A stretch of DNA of 64,000 nt, taken from Octopus vulgaris. Lineage: Eukaryota. The DNA is taken from positions 78,554,001 through 78,618,000 of the forward strand of contig OX597819.1 in NCBI GenBank assembly GCA_951406725.2, read 5' to 3'. Shown here piece after piece: positions 28,089-41,684 of this stretch; within the stretch, counting starts at the first letter, position 1, and every line of letters begins with the position of its first letter. The translations under genes and the position numbers were made by a program. Below the pieces are notes generated by a model, which saw only the letters and a list, made by a program, of their open reading frames with translations, did no database searches and had not been told where the DNA came from.

Positions 28089-29441
28089 CACATTACATGC
28101 ATACATACATACAGTGGGAAAGAATGCAAATCCTTCATTCATCTGATACAAATGATTACGATATCCAGGGACTATAGAATTTGCAAGACCTTAAAATTTA
28201 ATGGTAGATGTTTAAAACAAGATAACTGTCCTTCACAACCTCGCTGCCAAGCAAGTGGCTGGCCAAAATTTCCTCTAGATTAAAAAGAGAAAAAAACAAC
28301 AACCATCCATCCATCTAGTCAGTCAGCCAGAACGATTTTGATATCATGTCTGTTAGGCGTGTAATTCTACGCCCACCCCCACTCGATTAGAGTCTCGAAT
28401 CAACATTTAATTGCAAAGTACAGTTCTCATAGTTGAACTTTCCTTCTGTTGTACCAAACTTTTAAAAGTTTTAGATATTTTCTCTTGATGTAGCGCCCTG
28501 TCCGAGAAACAAACAAACAAACAAACAAATAAATAAGCCCTCTCTGTATATATACTGCCATATATTTCTAAATATATATATTCGTGAGATTATTTATTCC
28601 AGGATTATATTGATGTAATTAGAAAATGATGCCACACGCATAAAACACAGAACGGATGAAAGTTGCGCGGGAATGCATGAAGATTTTCGATCTGCAAAAA
28701 AATTGCTTGTCACATTATCTTCAATTCATAACATACAACAGTCTTAGTAAAAGGAGCGACATTAGATCATGTAGCCCTAGTTATACTATGTCTCGAAAGA
28801 AAAGAAGAAAAATGGATAGGATGATCAACGAACTTTAATCACTCAAAACATATCGTCATTCTGTTGACCTGAGCCCAAACAACAACAGCAGCAACAATAG
28901 CAACAACAACAACAATAACAAATTACAGCTTTAGTAAATATATATTTTTTCGGACAATAATTTCAAAAAAAAAATTTTTTAATGACAAAAAAAGAACAAA
29001 AAAAAACCAACTACAACAATATAAATTTGCGGAACTCGGAATAGAACCGTCAAGAAAATCATCCGTAAATGTAAAAAAAAACCAATGACAGTAAATAAAT
29101 ACACAAATAAAAAAAGACGACCAATTTATTTGCTACTGTTGTTTTTCTTTCCTTTGCTAAAAATCACCACCAACACCACCTTAAAAATCGTAAAACTTCT
29201 TGGTGTACTTCCAACTGCCGTAAATTAAAATGACACTATAACGACGCCAAGACATTGTACGTAAATATATCCTTTAGCCCACATCGTTTTAATAAATTTC
29301 CTGATCTTTGTTGTTAGATAAAGTGCTTAAAACTTTTGCTAAAATTAGTTACACAGTCTGCCACTGTATTTTAATCTTTTTCTTATTTTATCGTCAATGT
29401 GTGCGTGTATATGATTATATATATATGTGTGAGCGCGCGAG

Positions 29442-29472
<31 letters not shown>

Positions 29473-30617
29473 TGAAATCTCTTTATGTTTGTTTCTTCAT
29501 TTGAAGATCTCTATAATTATTCTTAGTTTTAAAAATTCCACTTGCAATTTTATGGATTTTAATAACAAAGAAAATTCCTTTAATGTATTTTGGTTTGTGC
29601 TTTAAATATCCACTTATTTTTCCACTTGGGGAAAAAATATTTGATTCGAGTCGTTGGAGAAGGGTGGGGTGAAGAGAGCGAGAGACGGTTGGCTAGAGAG
29701 GTTAGATTAAATTACGAGAACATAAATAATAAAAGAGTTGGAATGCGCAGAGGGAGGCAGGGAGGGAAGGCACGGAGGAAGAATAGAAGGGAGAGAGAGA
29801 GAGAGAGGAGGGGAGATTATGAAAGAGTAAAAGGGTGACCGGAACGTAGACAAGGTGGTGAAAACCGAAAACGGAAAGAAGAAAGCGTGGGGGGGGGGGG
29901 GAGAAAATTAAGTGAATGAAGGAGAGAAAGCTAGATGAGACATATAAGAGGGAGAAGAAATTAATAAAGGGAAGTAATGCAGACAGGAGAGGGGAAAGTA
30001 AGAGGCAGAGCAAATAAGAGAATGTTAGCAGGTATGTATGGAGGCGTGGAAGATAAGGGAAGGTGTAGGAGAGTTCGTTAGTAGGGATTATGTTATTGCT
30101 TTAAAAATACATTATATATAACGGCATTATAAATGTGAGTGCGTGCGTGTGTGTGTGTGTGTGTGTGTTTGTAGTTTTAGTGACATGGATACACAAATAT
30201 AAATACACACTTATCATTGGAGGAGCCACACTTCGTGTTCATTCGGCTTGTTAGAAATAGAAATAGAATCTACCTCGAATCACTCTCTTCTGTCTTGGAA
30301 AGGAAAGCAGACTGAAAGAGCAATCCATTAGATAATACAGTCTCAGATACACAATCCACCACAAGGTGGATAATAATAATAATAATAATAATCCTTTCTA
30401 CTTAAGGCACAAGGCCTGAAATTTTGAGGGAGGGGACTAGTCGATTACATCGACCCCAGTGTTTCACTGGTACGTAATTTATAGAATAATAACAATAAAT
30501 TTCAGCCATACTGTCAAATCTCTTATCCTTCACTCGCCCTAGGACACTGGGTGTGTCTCGGCAAGTGATTGTAACAAACATGCAGATTAAAAGTAATAAC
30601 AATAATAATAATAATAA

Positions 30618-31163
30618 ACGCCCTGATGCAATGCCAAGCACTAGCTCTCATGGCTTCCGATCTTAACTGATTGAAAGTGTTATGTACATGTTTTATCTTG
30701 GTATAAAAGATGGGCTACAACAAATATTCTGCTCAATACCACAGATTTGCTTATCAGCTGTTTGACATTAACCAAATGAACATGTCCCTTAATGGCTGAC
30801 GATTTGTGCATCTCTGATCATGAGCAGTAGTAGTGGGGTAGCATCACAGCGATGTGCTGAGAGGAATTCTTTGTGATTTGAATAATTCACCTCTAAAAAC
30901 ATCGGTGTGGCGTTCGACATTCTTGAACAATCCTTATTGAGTGACCTTTTGAGCAGGATGGGCTACTCAACCTGAAGAAAATTCTAACTGGGTTCCACCT
31001 GCAAGGTCATGCATTGTCTATTTCGATATGAGATCATAATGTTGCGTACATATATGGTTGTGATGCATGTGCCTAGTGTCCCCTTATCAGACGGGTAGTC
31101 AAGATAGATATATATTGGGCTTCGTATAATCCAGTGTCATTTTAAAAGCATGTACTGCTCTCT
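30618..31163. mobile_element. Unclassified 546-bp element flanked by (TAA)n on both sides
   Basis: Complex non-coding block between two (TAA)n tracts inside a SINE B cluster; no TIRs or ORF seen. Confidence 0.5.
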
Positions 31164-31189
31164 TTATAATAATAATAATAATAATAATA

Positions 31190-31410
31190 ATCCTTTCTAC
31201 TAAGAGCACAAGGCCTGAAATTTTGGCGGTGGGGATTAGTCGATTACATCGACCCCGCTGGGTAACTGGACTTATTTCCTCAACCCCGAAAGGCAAAGTC
31301 GACCCCGGCGAAATTTGACCTCAGAATGTAAAGACGGACAAAATGCCGCAAAGCATTTTTACCGGCGTGCCAACTATTCTGCCACCTCACCGTCTTAATG
31401 ATAATAATAA

Positions 31411-31455
<45 letters not shown>

Positions 31456-31676
31456 CCTTTCTACTGGAAGCACAAGGCCTCAAATTTTGCGGGGAAAAGA
31501 TTAAGTCGAATACATAGATCCCAGTTCGTAACTGGTACTTGTTTCATCGGTCCCCGAAAGGATGAAAGGCAAAATCGACCTCGGCAAAATTTGAACCAAG
31601 AACGTAAAAACGTAAAAATGGACTAAATGACGCTAAACATTATGTCCGTCACAGTAACGATTCTGTCAGTTCGCCA
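31190..31676 (-). mobile_element. Two SINE B copies in tandem separated by (TAA)n
   Basis: TCCTTTCTACT...GCACAAGGCCT tail and AAAGGCAAA core at about 31190 and 31455. Confidence 0.87.
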
Positions 31677-32103
31677 ATAATAATAGCAGCAACAACAAAA
31701 GGTAGAAAGATGAAAATTAAAATTTCGGCAAGTTTTGATTTATTTATGTGAAAATGTTTAAACCTGAAAGCAATCATTCGCCTATCTGACGGTCATCTAT
31801 CGCTCATAACAGTTCATACACACACTTCTGCCCTAAAAACACAATTAACAGTGGATAAACAGCAAGCTGTCTGCTCATCATGTTCTTTTCTATCATCAAA
31901 TTCATCATAAAGAAAGGGTTAAACCCAAAATTGATGTTGAGGGTCTGCGCCGATAGCGTAAAATCAAAAGAGTTCACAAGAGATTCGAATAAATTCAACT
32001 GCCGTAAGGAAGCAAGTATACGTCATTCTGAAGTTAAAAACGATAGATTCTACAACTCCAGGCAGCAGCTGCACTTAAGCAACAACTCACCGTGTTTGTC
32101 TAG

Positions 32104-32138
<35 letters not shown>

Positions 32139-32545
32139 AGTGAGTGAGTGTATAAAGGTATGGATGTTTCCGCGAACAAAATTAGAACATCAAATACCTA
32201 TAGTACAGTAAAATGTATATGGAATGATATAGTCTGTTATTGTTAATACATGGCAACCCAAAAATATCATGCTTACTTGATACCATATAATCGCCAAATG
32301 ACAAACTTTAATTATTCCGATAACAACTATACGATATTGCCTGCTTGCACGCGTGCGTGCGTGCGTGTTTGTGTGTGACACGTCCTCTAGAGGCGGAGAT
32401 GATTTTGTTAAATCAATGGTTTTTGTTATATATTTGCTATACCTGCATTTAAATGCCACAGGCCACTCAGAGTTCCTCTTAGCTCATTATATATGTGTGT
32501 ATGCGTGTGTGCGCACGCACGCACACACACACACACACAACACAT

Positions 32546-32776
32546 ATTTGTAATATAATATTCGGTTGTCATAATAAAACTCCGAGTTTCGGATGTCTGG
32601 ACGGAAACCTGCACCGGCATCTCTTCAGTTATGCCGGTGCAGGTTTCCGTCCAGACATCCGAAACTCGGAGTTTTATTATGACAACCGAATAATTGTCAC
32701 ATATTATATTACAAATAAATTCCTCTATTTACATAATATCGAAATCTTTCATTTTTTTGTTGTCTTACCATTACTA

Positions 32777-32782
<6 letters not shown>
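32546..32782. mobile_element. Penelope-like terminal fragment with fold-back arm and hammerhead motif
   Basis: 62-bp perfect inverted repeat; minus strand ATAA-CTGAAGA-GATG...CATC-C-GAAA-CTCGGAG-TT-TTAT; ends at a (TA)n tract. Confidence 0.7.
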
Positions 32783-32843
<61 letters not shown>

Positions 32844-33082
32844 ATCTCAGAGCGAGTTATATACGTCACGATATATATATATATATATATATACAGCGGG
32901 CTTCTTTCAGTTTCCGTCCACCAAATCCACTCACAGGGCTTTGGTCAACCCGAGGCTATAGTAGAAGACAACTGCTCAAGGTGCCACGCAGTGGGACTGA
33001 ACTCGGACGCATGTGGTTGGGAAGCAAGCTTCTTACCACATGGAGAGGTGAGAGAGAGAGAGGGGGAGAGAGAGAGAGAGAG

Positions 33083-33128
<46 letters not shown>

Positions 33129-33249
33129 TGATAGTGGTGGTGGTAATTAGAGAGAAGGAAACAAAGTAGAGAAGCACTAAGCGACATAACTGAACGGTAG
33201 CAGGGTTTTAGAATGCAGATGGAAAGTGATTGAATGATACATGGAGAGG

Positions 33250-33857
33250 AACAGTGTAAATAGTTAAATACAGAGCGAGGGGTTGAGAGAGAGAGAGAGA
33301 GAGAGGGGGTAGGAGAGAGAAGCAAGCAGACGTTATGAGGTAAGAGGAGAGAGAGAAACAAGCAAATATTATGAGAGGGGATGAGAAACAAGCAGCTATG
33401 AAAGAGAGAGAGTGGGGGCATGTAAAGAATGGAAGATAAGTATATAAAATGAGGGAGAGACGGGTGAGAGTAGAGAGGGAGAGAATGTTAGAAAGACATA
33501 AAGAGAAAGAGAGGGAGGGAGAGAGCGCTGGGAAGAAAGAGAGAAAGAAATTTATGAGGTGAAGGAAGAGATAGAAACATATTCAGGGAAGGTGATAGAG
33601 AAAGAGAGAGAGAGGGAAATAAGCAAATATGAGGGGGAGGAGGGAGAAAGAAACAAGCAGAATTTATGAGAGAAGGGAGAAAAGTAACAAGAAAACGTTA
33701 TGAAGTGAGAGGAGAAAAACATGGAGATATTTATGAGAGGGTGAGGCAGAGAAATACAGAAATATTGAGGGAGAGAGAAATAACAAGACGAGATGAGGTA
33801 GGGGAGAGTGAAAGAAGCGGATATTATAACAGGGAAAGAAAAACAGGTAGGTATAAT

Positions 33858-33893
<36 letters not shown>

Positions 33894-33910
33894 AAAGCTG
33901 GACGTAATGA

Positions 33911-33941
<31 letters not shown>

Positions 33942-34176
33942 AAAGCTGGATGTAATGAGGAGAGAGAGAGAGAGAGAGAGAAAGAAGCAAATAATATGAG
34001 GGAGGGAGAGAGAAAAGAAAAAATATGAGAGGGAGGGAGGGAGAGGGATAGAAGCAAATAATATGAGAGGGAAAGAGAAACAACTAGAGGGAAAGAAAGG
34101 GAGGGAAAGAGAAACAGGCAGATAATATGAGAGGGAAAGAGAATTAATAAGGAGAAAGTAACAGAGAAAGAGAAAC

Positions 34177-34211
<35 letters not shown>

Positions 34212-34290
34212 AGATTTAATGAGAGAGAGAGAGAGAGCGAGAAAGCAGATTTAATGAGAGAGAGAAACGAGCAGACGTTACGAGAAGAGA
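33250..34290. repeat. GA-rich degenerate minisatellite
   Basis: Recurrent AAGCA(A/G)AT...TATGAGAG motif between (GA)n runs. Confidence 0.8.
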
Positions 34291-34713
34291 TGGAGACATT
34301 GGGGCGTCATTACACACACATACACACACATACATACACACACATTTGTGTGTGTGTGTGTGAGAGAGTGAAAGTGAGTGAATGAGAGTGAAAGTGAATG
34401 AGTGAGAGAGAAAGAGAAAGAGTAAAAGGATAATATGCTTGTGTAGCAGTTACAAATTTATGATATCAATTGTGACCGTTTGTTATATAATAGTTTGTAG
34501 TTAGCGAAGTTCAGGTGTGGCAATGCACACGAAATGTTGTTTAACTGTAATGTTATATAACGTTATACTTGATTTGGGGGGAGAGAAAGGCTAATTGGAG
34601 ATTTATGGTACTTTTGGAAAGAATATAGGGGGTGTTTCGATATGTTGGGGGGAAAAAATTCACAAAAGTGCGTGTGTATGTGTATGTGTATATGTGTGTG
34701 TGTGTGTGTGTGT

Positions 34714-34719
34714 GATAGA

Positions 34720-34783
<64 letters not shown>

Positions 34784-35047
34784 TAGATAGATAGACAGAC
34801 AGACAGATAGATAGATAGACAGTTAGATAGATAGGTAGATAGACAGATAGATAGACAGATAGATAGATAGATAGACAGATAGATAGACAGATAGACAGAC
34901 AGTCAGACAGACAGACAGACAGACAGATATATAGACAGATAGATAGACAGATAGTTAGATTGACAGATAGTTAGATTGACAGATAGTTAGATAGACAGAT
35001 AGATAGACAGATAGATAGACAAATAGATAGACAGATAGACAGACAGT

Positions 35048-35103
<56 letters not shown>
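34714..35103. repeat. (GATA/GACA)n microsatellite
   Basis: Direct reading. Confidence 0.97.
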
Positions 35104-35208
35104 AGCAAAGAGGAGTTTAGATGTTTATCCTTCACCTGTTTCAGGCATTGAAATGTGGCCATGCTGGGGCATCGCTTTGTTTCTGTATTTGTAACATGTG
35201 TTGGTGAG

Positions 35209-35240
<32 letters not shown>

Positions 35241-35619
35241 GTTAACATCAACAGGAGAAAGAAAAGAAATGATAAAGAGAAACAGAGGAAAGCTAAGTGT
35301 GTGATAGAGAGAAGGAAAACGTGTGTGTGCGCGTGTGTGTGTGTGTATGTGTGTGTGTGTACGAGAGAGAGAACGTAAAGATTTGAGGGAGAAAATGTAT
35401 GGTGTATAAAGGAAGAGGGGGTAGGGAAAGAGAGAGGAGAAAGAGAGAGAACTAGATAGAGAGTGCATGAGTAAAAAGCGAGAAAGAGAGACAGGGAAAT
35501 TGTATGAAAGAGCGTGGGAAAGAAAGAGTATGAGAGAGTGAGCAACACAGACTATGTGTGTGAAATAGCGATACACTAAATGAATGTAACGAAAGAATGT
35601 GCGTGTGTGCATGTGTGTT

Positions 35620-35679
<60 letters not shown>

Positions 35680-36285
35680 TATATATATATCAAAAGCAAC
35701 ACTAAAATATAAACGTTAAGTGAGACATTTCTTTCTCGCTATGTTATGGTTGTTTTCTTAATTTGTTTATATTTTGATTTTAGCAAAATATCTGAGAGTA
35801 AATATATACACACACACACACAAATATATATACATAAATATATACATACATATATACATACATACATATATTTGGCGAAAAAAGAAAAGCAAACCAAAAT
35901 AAGACAAATAATCTAAAACAAAAAAAAACGTTACTTACCAATAATAAATACTATCGTCTTCTTAAAAGATTTATTATTACATGTTTACGGTCTCACACGA
36001 AAAATAAACCAATCGCAAGATTATAAAATGTTGATGAAGAACTTTTACACAATCGTCCTCACCGCTTCTCCTCCAACACAAACAACAAACACACACACAA
36101 AGCGGAATTAAAGCGATTAACAAGAACAACAGTCATAAAACCTTCATTTAATTCGTCGTTCAGCCAATTCGCCCCACCGCTGCTGCATAGGTGCTTAATC
36201 CCTCGATCAAAACAAAGTCTAGTTGATCGGAGACAATCCTTCCATGACACACCCCATCTTGCGTTATAACATATATTCGAATATA

Positions 36286-36696
36286 GGCGATCTTTCGTCT
36301 CTAGTAGACCTTTCCGTCGATTTCCGTAACAAAATTTTTTTTTTTTTTTTTACATATGGGCTTGCGGGAACTTTTGAAGTAATATACATACATATACACA
36401 TACACCGAGTAAAAAATTTCAGTTATCTCTTTCTTTCACAAATTACTCTGTCTCTTCACACACACTAACAGAAGCACTTCACTTACACAACATACTGTCT
36501 GTCTCCCACACCCCATCAAACACACACACTGCTTCCCCTGGACGGTAACTTCAAAAGAACTTCCCTCGTCATACAATCGCTTTCTCTTAGTTTCTTTCGC
36601 TCTCATTACTTCAAAAGTTCCCGCAAGCCCATATGTAAAAAAAAAAATTTTTTTACGGAAATCGACGGAAAGGTCTACTAGAGACGAAAGATTGCC
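36286..36696. mobile_element. MITE with about 95-bp TIRs, Merlin-like termini (411 bp)
   Basis: TIRs 36286-36383 and 36605-36696 start GGCGATC / GGCAATC; perfect 8-bp TSD CGAATATA (36278-36285, 36697-36704). Confidence 0.85.
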
Positions 36697-37452
36697 CGAA
36701 TATAATATATCTAGAACTACGGTATCTAATTGGCATAACTACATTTTAATGCCCCAAAGGCCGTGGATTCTTTTTCATCAAGATTTTCTTTAAGAAACGT
36801 ATTTTTTAATGAAAATTTATAGCTGATATGTTATGGAAGATATTGAATAAAACTAAGTTATCTCTCTATCATTATTTATTTTTACCTGTTTCAGTCATCA
36901 GACTGCGACCATGCTGGAGCACGTCTTGGGTTTCAATCTAATAAATCGCCTCCCCGCCACTGACCCACTCCTTATGTATTTGTTTTTTTGAAACTGCTAC
37001 TTATTCTGCCTGTGTCTTCTGCAGAACCACTAAGTTATGGAAACGTAAACAAACCAGCACCGGTTGTCTAGAGGCGGTGTAGGAGTGAAAAAGACACACA
37101 CACACACACAAATACACGATGGACCTCTAAGGTATTGGTCGGCACAGGGCTTTAGTAGAAGACACTCGCTCACAGTGTCTCGCAGTGAGATCGGACCCAG
37201 GGCCATGTGATGGAGGTGCAAATTTCTTTCCCAGAAAGGAAATAAGTCCGTATTTATGAATTGTATCGCAAGCATTCATTAGCATTACTTTCAATTTGTA
37301 TTATAGTAGACGAAAATTAAAACTTCAGAAATTCCGATTATTACTGATAATAACTATCAAGACAAAAAGGTACAGATTTATGTCTTTAAGTTGTATAATA
37401 CTCATTAGCAACCTAACGTAAAGTTGAAAAGATATGAAATTATTTTGTTGAC

Positions 37453-37577
<125 letters not shown>

Positions 37578-37664
37578 TACACCTACACTCACACACCAAA
37601 GTGTATACATGTGTATATACGTATACAAATACGTAGAGATAAACAAACAAACCTACACACATAC

Positions 37665-37719
<55 letters not shown>

Positions 37720-37806
37720 TACACCTACACTCACACACCAAAGTGTATACATGTGTATATACGTATACAAATACGTAGAGATAAACAAACAAACCTACAC
37801 ACATAC

Positions 37807-37855
<49 letters not shown>

Positions 37856-37867
37856 TACACGCGCGTG

Positions 37868-37961
37868 CCTTATTTTCTCGTGTATAAGCCGCACTTCAGA
37901 TTTTTCAGTTATTATCAAGTATAATATTGAAAGAATGCGACTTTCACATGAATAAATATAG
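37868..37961. mobile_element. Short pogo/Tc2-like MITE remnant
   Basis: Imperfect TIRs CCTTATTTTCTCGTGTATAAGCCGCA / TGCGACTTTCACATGAATAAATATAG. Confidence 0.55.
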
Positions 37962-38019
37962 TCTATGCACACAAACACATATATATATATACACTTGTTT
38001 ATTTTTTTTACCGTTTTTA

Positions 38020-38356
38020 ATTGTTCAATCATTTGACTGCGGTCATGCTGGAGCACACCACCTTTAATCGAGCGAATCGATTCCAGGACTTATTCTTTGT
38101 AAGCCTAGCACTTATTCTATCGGACTCTTTTACCGAAGCGCTAGGTTACGGGGACATAAACACTCCAGCATCGGTTGTCAAGCGATGGTGGGAGACAAAC
38201 ACAGACACACAAACATAAATACATATATAGGCGTAGGAGTGGCTGTGTGGTAAGTTTTACTGCTTGGCACCGTGGGCAAGTGTCTTCTACTATAGCCTCG
38301 GGCCGACCAAAGCCTTGTGAACGAATTTGGTAGACGGAAACTGAAAGAAGCCCGTC

Positions 38357-38393
<37 letters not shown>

Positions 38394-38398
38394 TACAC

Positions 38399-38429
<31 letters not shown>

Positions 38430-38647
38430 TGTATAAGTGTTTGTGTATGTTTGTGTGTCTGTGTTTGTCACCCCACCATCGCTTGACAACAGATGCTGGT
38501 GTGTTTACGTCTTCTTAACTCAGCGGTTCGGCAAAAGAACGATAGAATAAGTACTAGGCTTACAAAGAATAAGTCCTGGGGACGATTTGTTCGACTGCAG
38601 GTGGTGCTCCAGCATGGCCGCAATCAAATGACTGAAACAAGTAAAAG

Positions 38648-38648
<1 letters not shown>
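38020..38648. mobile_element. SINE A 3' half (minus, about 38020-38215) adjacent to a SINE A (plus, 38230-38648)
   Basis: CATCGGTTGTCAAGCGATGGTGGG versus CCCACCATCGCTTGACAACAGATG. Confidence 0.9.
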
Positions 38649-38697
<49 letters not shown>

Positions 38698-39376
38698 CAT
38701 ATATATATATACATATATATATATACATATATATATATATAGGCATATATGTATGCAAAGTTCGTCTACATGATCGTCATGCATACGTCCCAAAAATATT
38801 GTACAATTATGAAAGTTATGATAACAAAAATGAGGCTCTGAACTGCAGTTATGAAAATTAAGTAAATGAGTAACCTGGTTAATTACTTTTTTTTTTTTTT
38901 TTTAGACATTTGGGTGTAATTTGAGAAAGATTTGTCTCCTATTGCTTGCAGTCATTCCTATTTTTCTTTTATCGGTGGATGAATAAATATATAAATGTAT
39001 AGTATAAAATATACATGTATTTACATGTGTGTCTGTGAGTGTAGGTATGTACGTATGTATGTATGTATGTATGTATGTATATATATATGTGTGTGTATGT
39101 GTGTATAGTGACACACACGCATACATAAAATTATATGCTAATATATTTATAAATATTAACTTGACAGGGACATCGAAGTTAATGAAAATGTACTCTACTA
39201 GAGAATACTGAGTAATCATTCAGTTTTCATATATAACTTAACACAAACGCACACATTTATGTATGTGTATATGTATACATGCATACACGAATGTACGTAT
39301 AAGCATACAAATTATACACGCACAAATACATATCATACCACTTGATTTATTAGTTACAATGGCCACAACAAACGTC

Positions 39377-39409
<33 letters not shown>

Positions 39410-39412
<3 letters not shown>

Positions 39413-39635
39413 CCTTTCTACTGGCGGCAGCAGAAGGCCTCAAATTTGGGGGACGGGATGAAGTCGATTACATCGACTGCAGTGCCTAACTGGTACTTAT
39501 TTAATCGACCCCGAAAGGATGAAAGGCAAAGTCGACCTCGGCGGAATTTGAACTCAGAACGTAAAGTCGGTCGAAATGCTGCTAAGCATTTTGCCCGGCG
39601 CTGTAATGATTCTGCCAGCTCACCGCCTTAATAAC

Positions 39636-39670
<35 letters not shown>

Positions 39671-40330
39671 TAATAATAATAATGATAATAATAATAATGA
39701 TAATAATAATATTAATGATGATGATGATGATTTCAAATTTTGGCAGTAGGTCAGCAATTTCGGGGAGGGAGTAAATCGATTACACCCACCCTAGTGTTCA
39801 AGCTGGTACTTATTTTATCGCCCCCAAACGGGATGAAGAGCAAAGTCGACCTCAGCGGAATTCGAACTCAGAACGTAAAGACGGACGAAATGACGCTTAG
39901 CAATTTGCCAGACGTGGTTACGATTCTGTCAGTTCGCCACATTTCTACGAAAGGCACAGCGCCTGAAAATTTGGAGGTGGATACTACTCGATTACATTGA
40001 CCCCAGTGTTTCACTGGTACTTATTTTATCGACCCCGAAGGGATAAAAGGCAAAGTCGACCTCGGCGGAATTTGAACTCAGAACGTAGCGACGAGCGAAA
40101 TACCTATTTCTTTACTACCCACCAGGGGCTAAACACAGAGAGGACAAACAAGGACAGACAAACGGAATAAGTCGATTATATCGACCCCAGTGCGTAACTG
40201 GTACTTATTTAATTGACCCCGAAAGGATGAAAGGCAAAGTCGACCTCGGCGGAATTTGAACTCAGAACGTAGCGGCTGACGAAATACCGCTAAGAATTTC
40301 GCCCGGCGTGCTAACGATTTTGCCAGTTCG
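39410..40330 (-). mobile_element. Array of four SINE B units, the last two forming a dimeric copy
   Basis: Four repeats of GCAAAGTCGACCTC...GAACTCAGAACGTA; (TAA)n spacers. Confidence 0.92.
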
Positions 40331-40896
40331 CATATCCGCTAAGCATTTTATCCGGCGAAGTAACGATTGTGCCAGTATGTATTTATTTACAAATTAACAG
40401 CTACGTTACGTACTATTCAGTATACTAGATGGGTATAATTTCGAAAAAAAAAAGGAAAAAAAAAAAAGAAAAAAAACGAAAAAAAAAAACGGCCCATATA
40501 ATTAAAATTTGGGGTGCATTTGACACGTGTATCATTCTTTCGATTTTTTTTTCTAGAATAACCTAAATATTATCTAAAACATTGTATTTTATACGTTTAT
40601 CAGTTCATACGGAATCCAGTTGTAAGATAATGCCGCGAAATTTAAAACACTTGATTAAAATATTTAAAAAGTATGACGTAAAGAGAAAAAAATTATCGTA
40701 AGAAAAAAAAATTATAGAAGGAAGGAGGAAAATCAAATGGAATGAAATAGAAAAATGAAACACACGCACACGTGTGTGTGTGTGTAACGAAAATAGCACA
40801 GAAAATTCAAAAGAAAAACTATGAATAAAATAATGATTAAAAATTTTAAGATATTCTTTGAATAAAAAACTGTTCAGCACCATACAAGCACACACA

Positions 40897-40943
<47 letters not shown>

Positions 40944-41136
40944 CAGTATATGCATTATACATATAATATATATGCAATATGTATATATATTATATATATA
41001 ATATATATATACAGTATATATATATATATATATAATATATATGCAATATGTATATATATTATATATATAATATATATACAGTATATATATATATATATAT
41101 ACACAGGTGCTTATAATTATCAAGTACTCACCCCGA

Positions 41137-41172
<36 letters not shown>

Positions 41173-41216
41173 TGTATACACACACACACACACAATATAT
41201 ATATATATATGTAGAG

Positions 41217-41270
<54 letters not shown>

Positions 41271-41342
41271 CGGGGAGAGATACACAAACACACATGTGTG
41301 TGTGTATGCATAAATACATTCAATATTTATATATATATATAT

Positions 41343-41639
41343 CACTGTAACTGGCTATCAGATGTTGCTACACTTCACTGGCCACAATGCGCTTCGCATT
41401 GTTTTAGCCTTCAAATGACGCCACCCCGCTGGCCAAGCGAACAGGCCAACAGAAGAAAGAGTGAGAGAAGATTGTGGCGAAAGAGTACAGCAGGGATTGC
41501 CACCACCTCTTGCCAAAGCCTCGCGGAGCCTTAGGTGTTTTCGCTCAATAAACACTCACAACGCTCGGTCTGGGAATCGAAACCACGATCCTACAATCGC
41601 GAGTCCGCTGCCCTAACCACTGGGTCATTGCGCCTCCAC
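41343..41639 (-). mobile_element. SINE family C (tRNA-Arg-like head)
   Basis: Reverse GGAGGCGCAATGACCCAGTGGTTAGGGCAGCGGACTCGCG...GGTTTCGATTCCCAGACC. Confidence 0.9.
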
Positions 41640-41684
41640 ACACACACACACATATATATATGTAAGCTTATGTGTGTATATATA

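Noticed and set aside
32598-32620. TGGACGGA (miR-184-like seed) inside the perfect hairpin
   Set aside because: The remainder does not match miR-184, and the perfect stem is better explained as a TE fold-back.
39410-40330. Regularly spaced repeats resembling a CRISPR array
   Set aside because: Units are 150-230 bp SINE copies with homologous intervening sequence; eukaryotic context and no cas genes.
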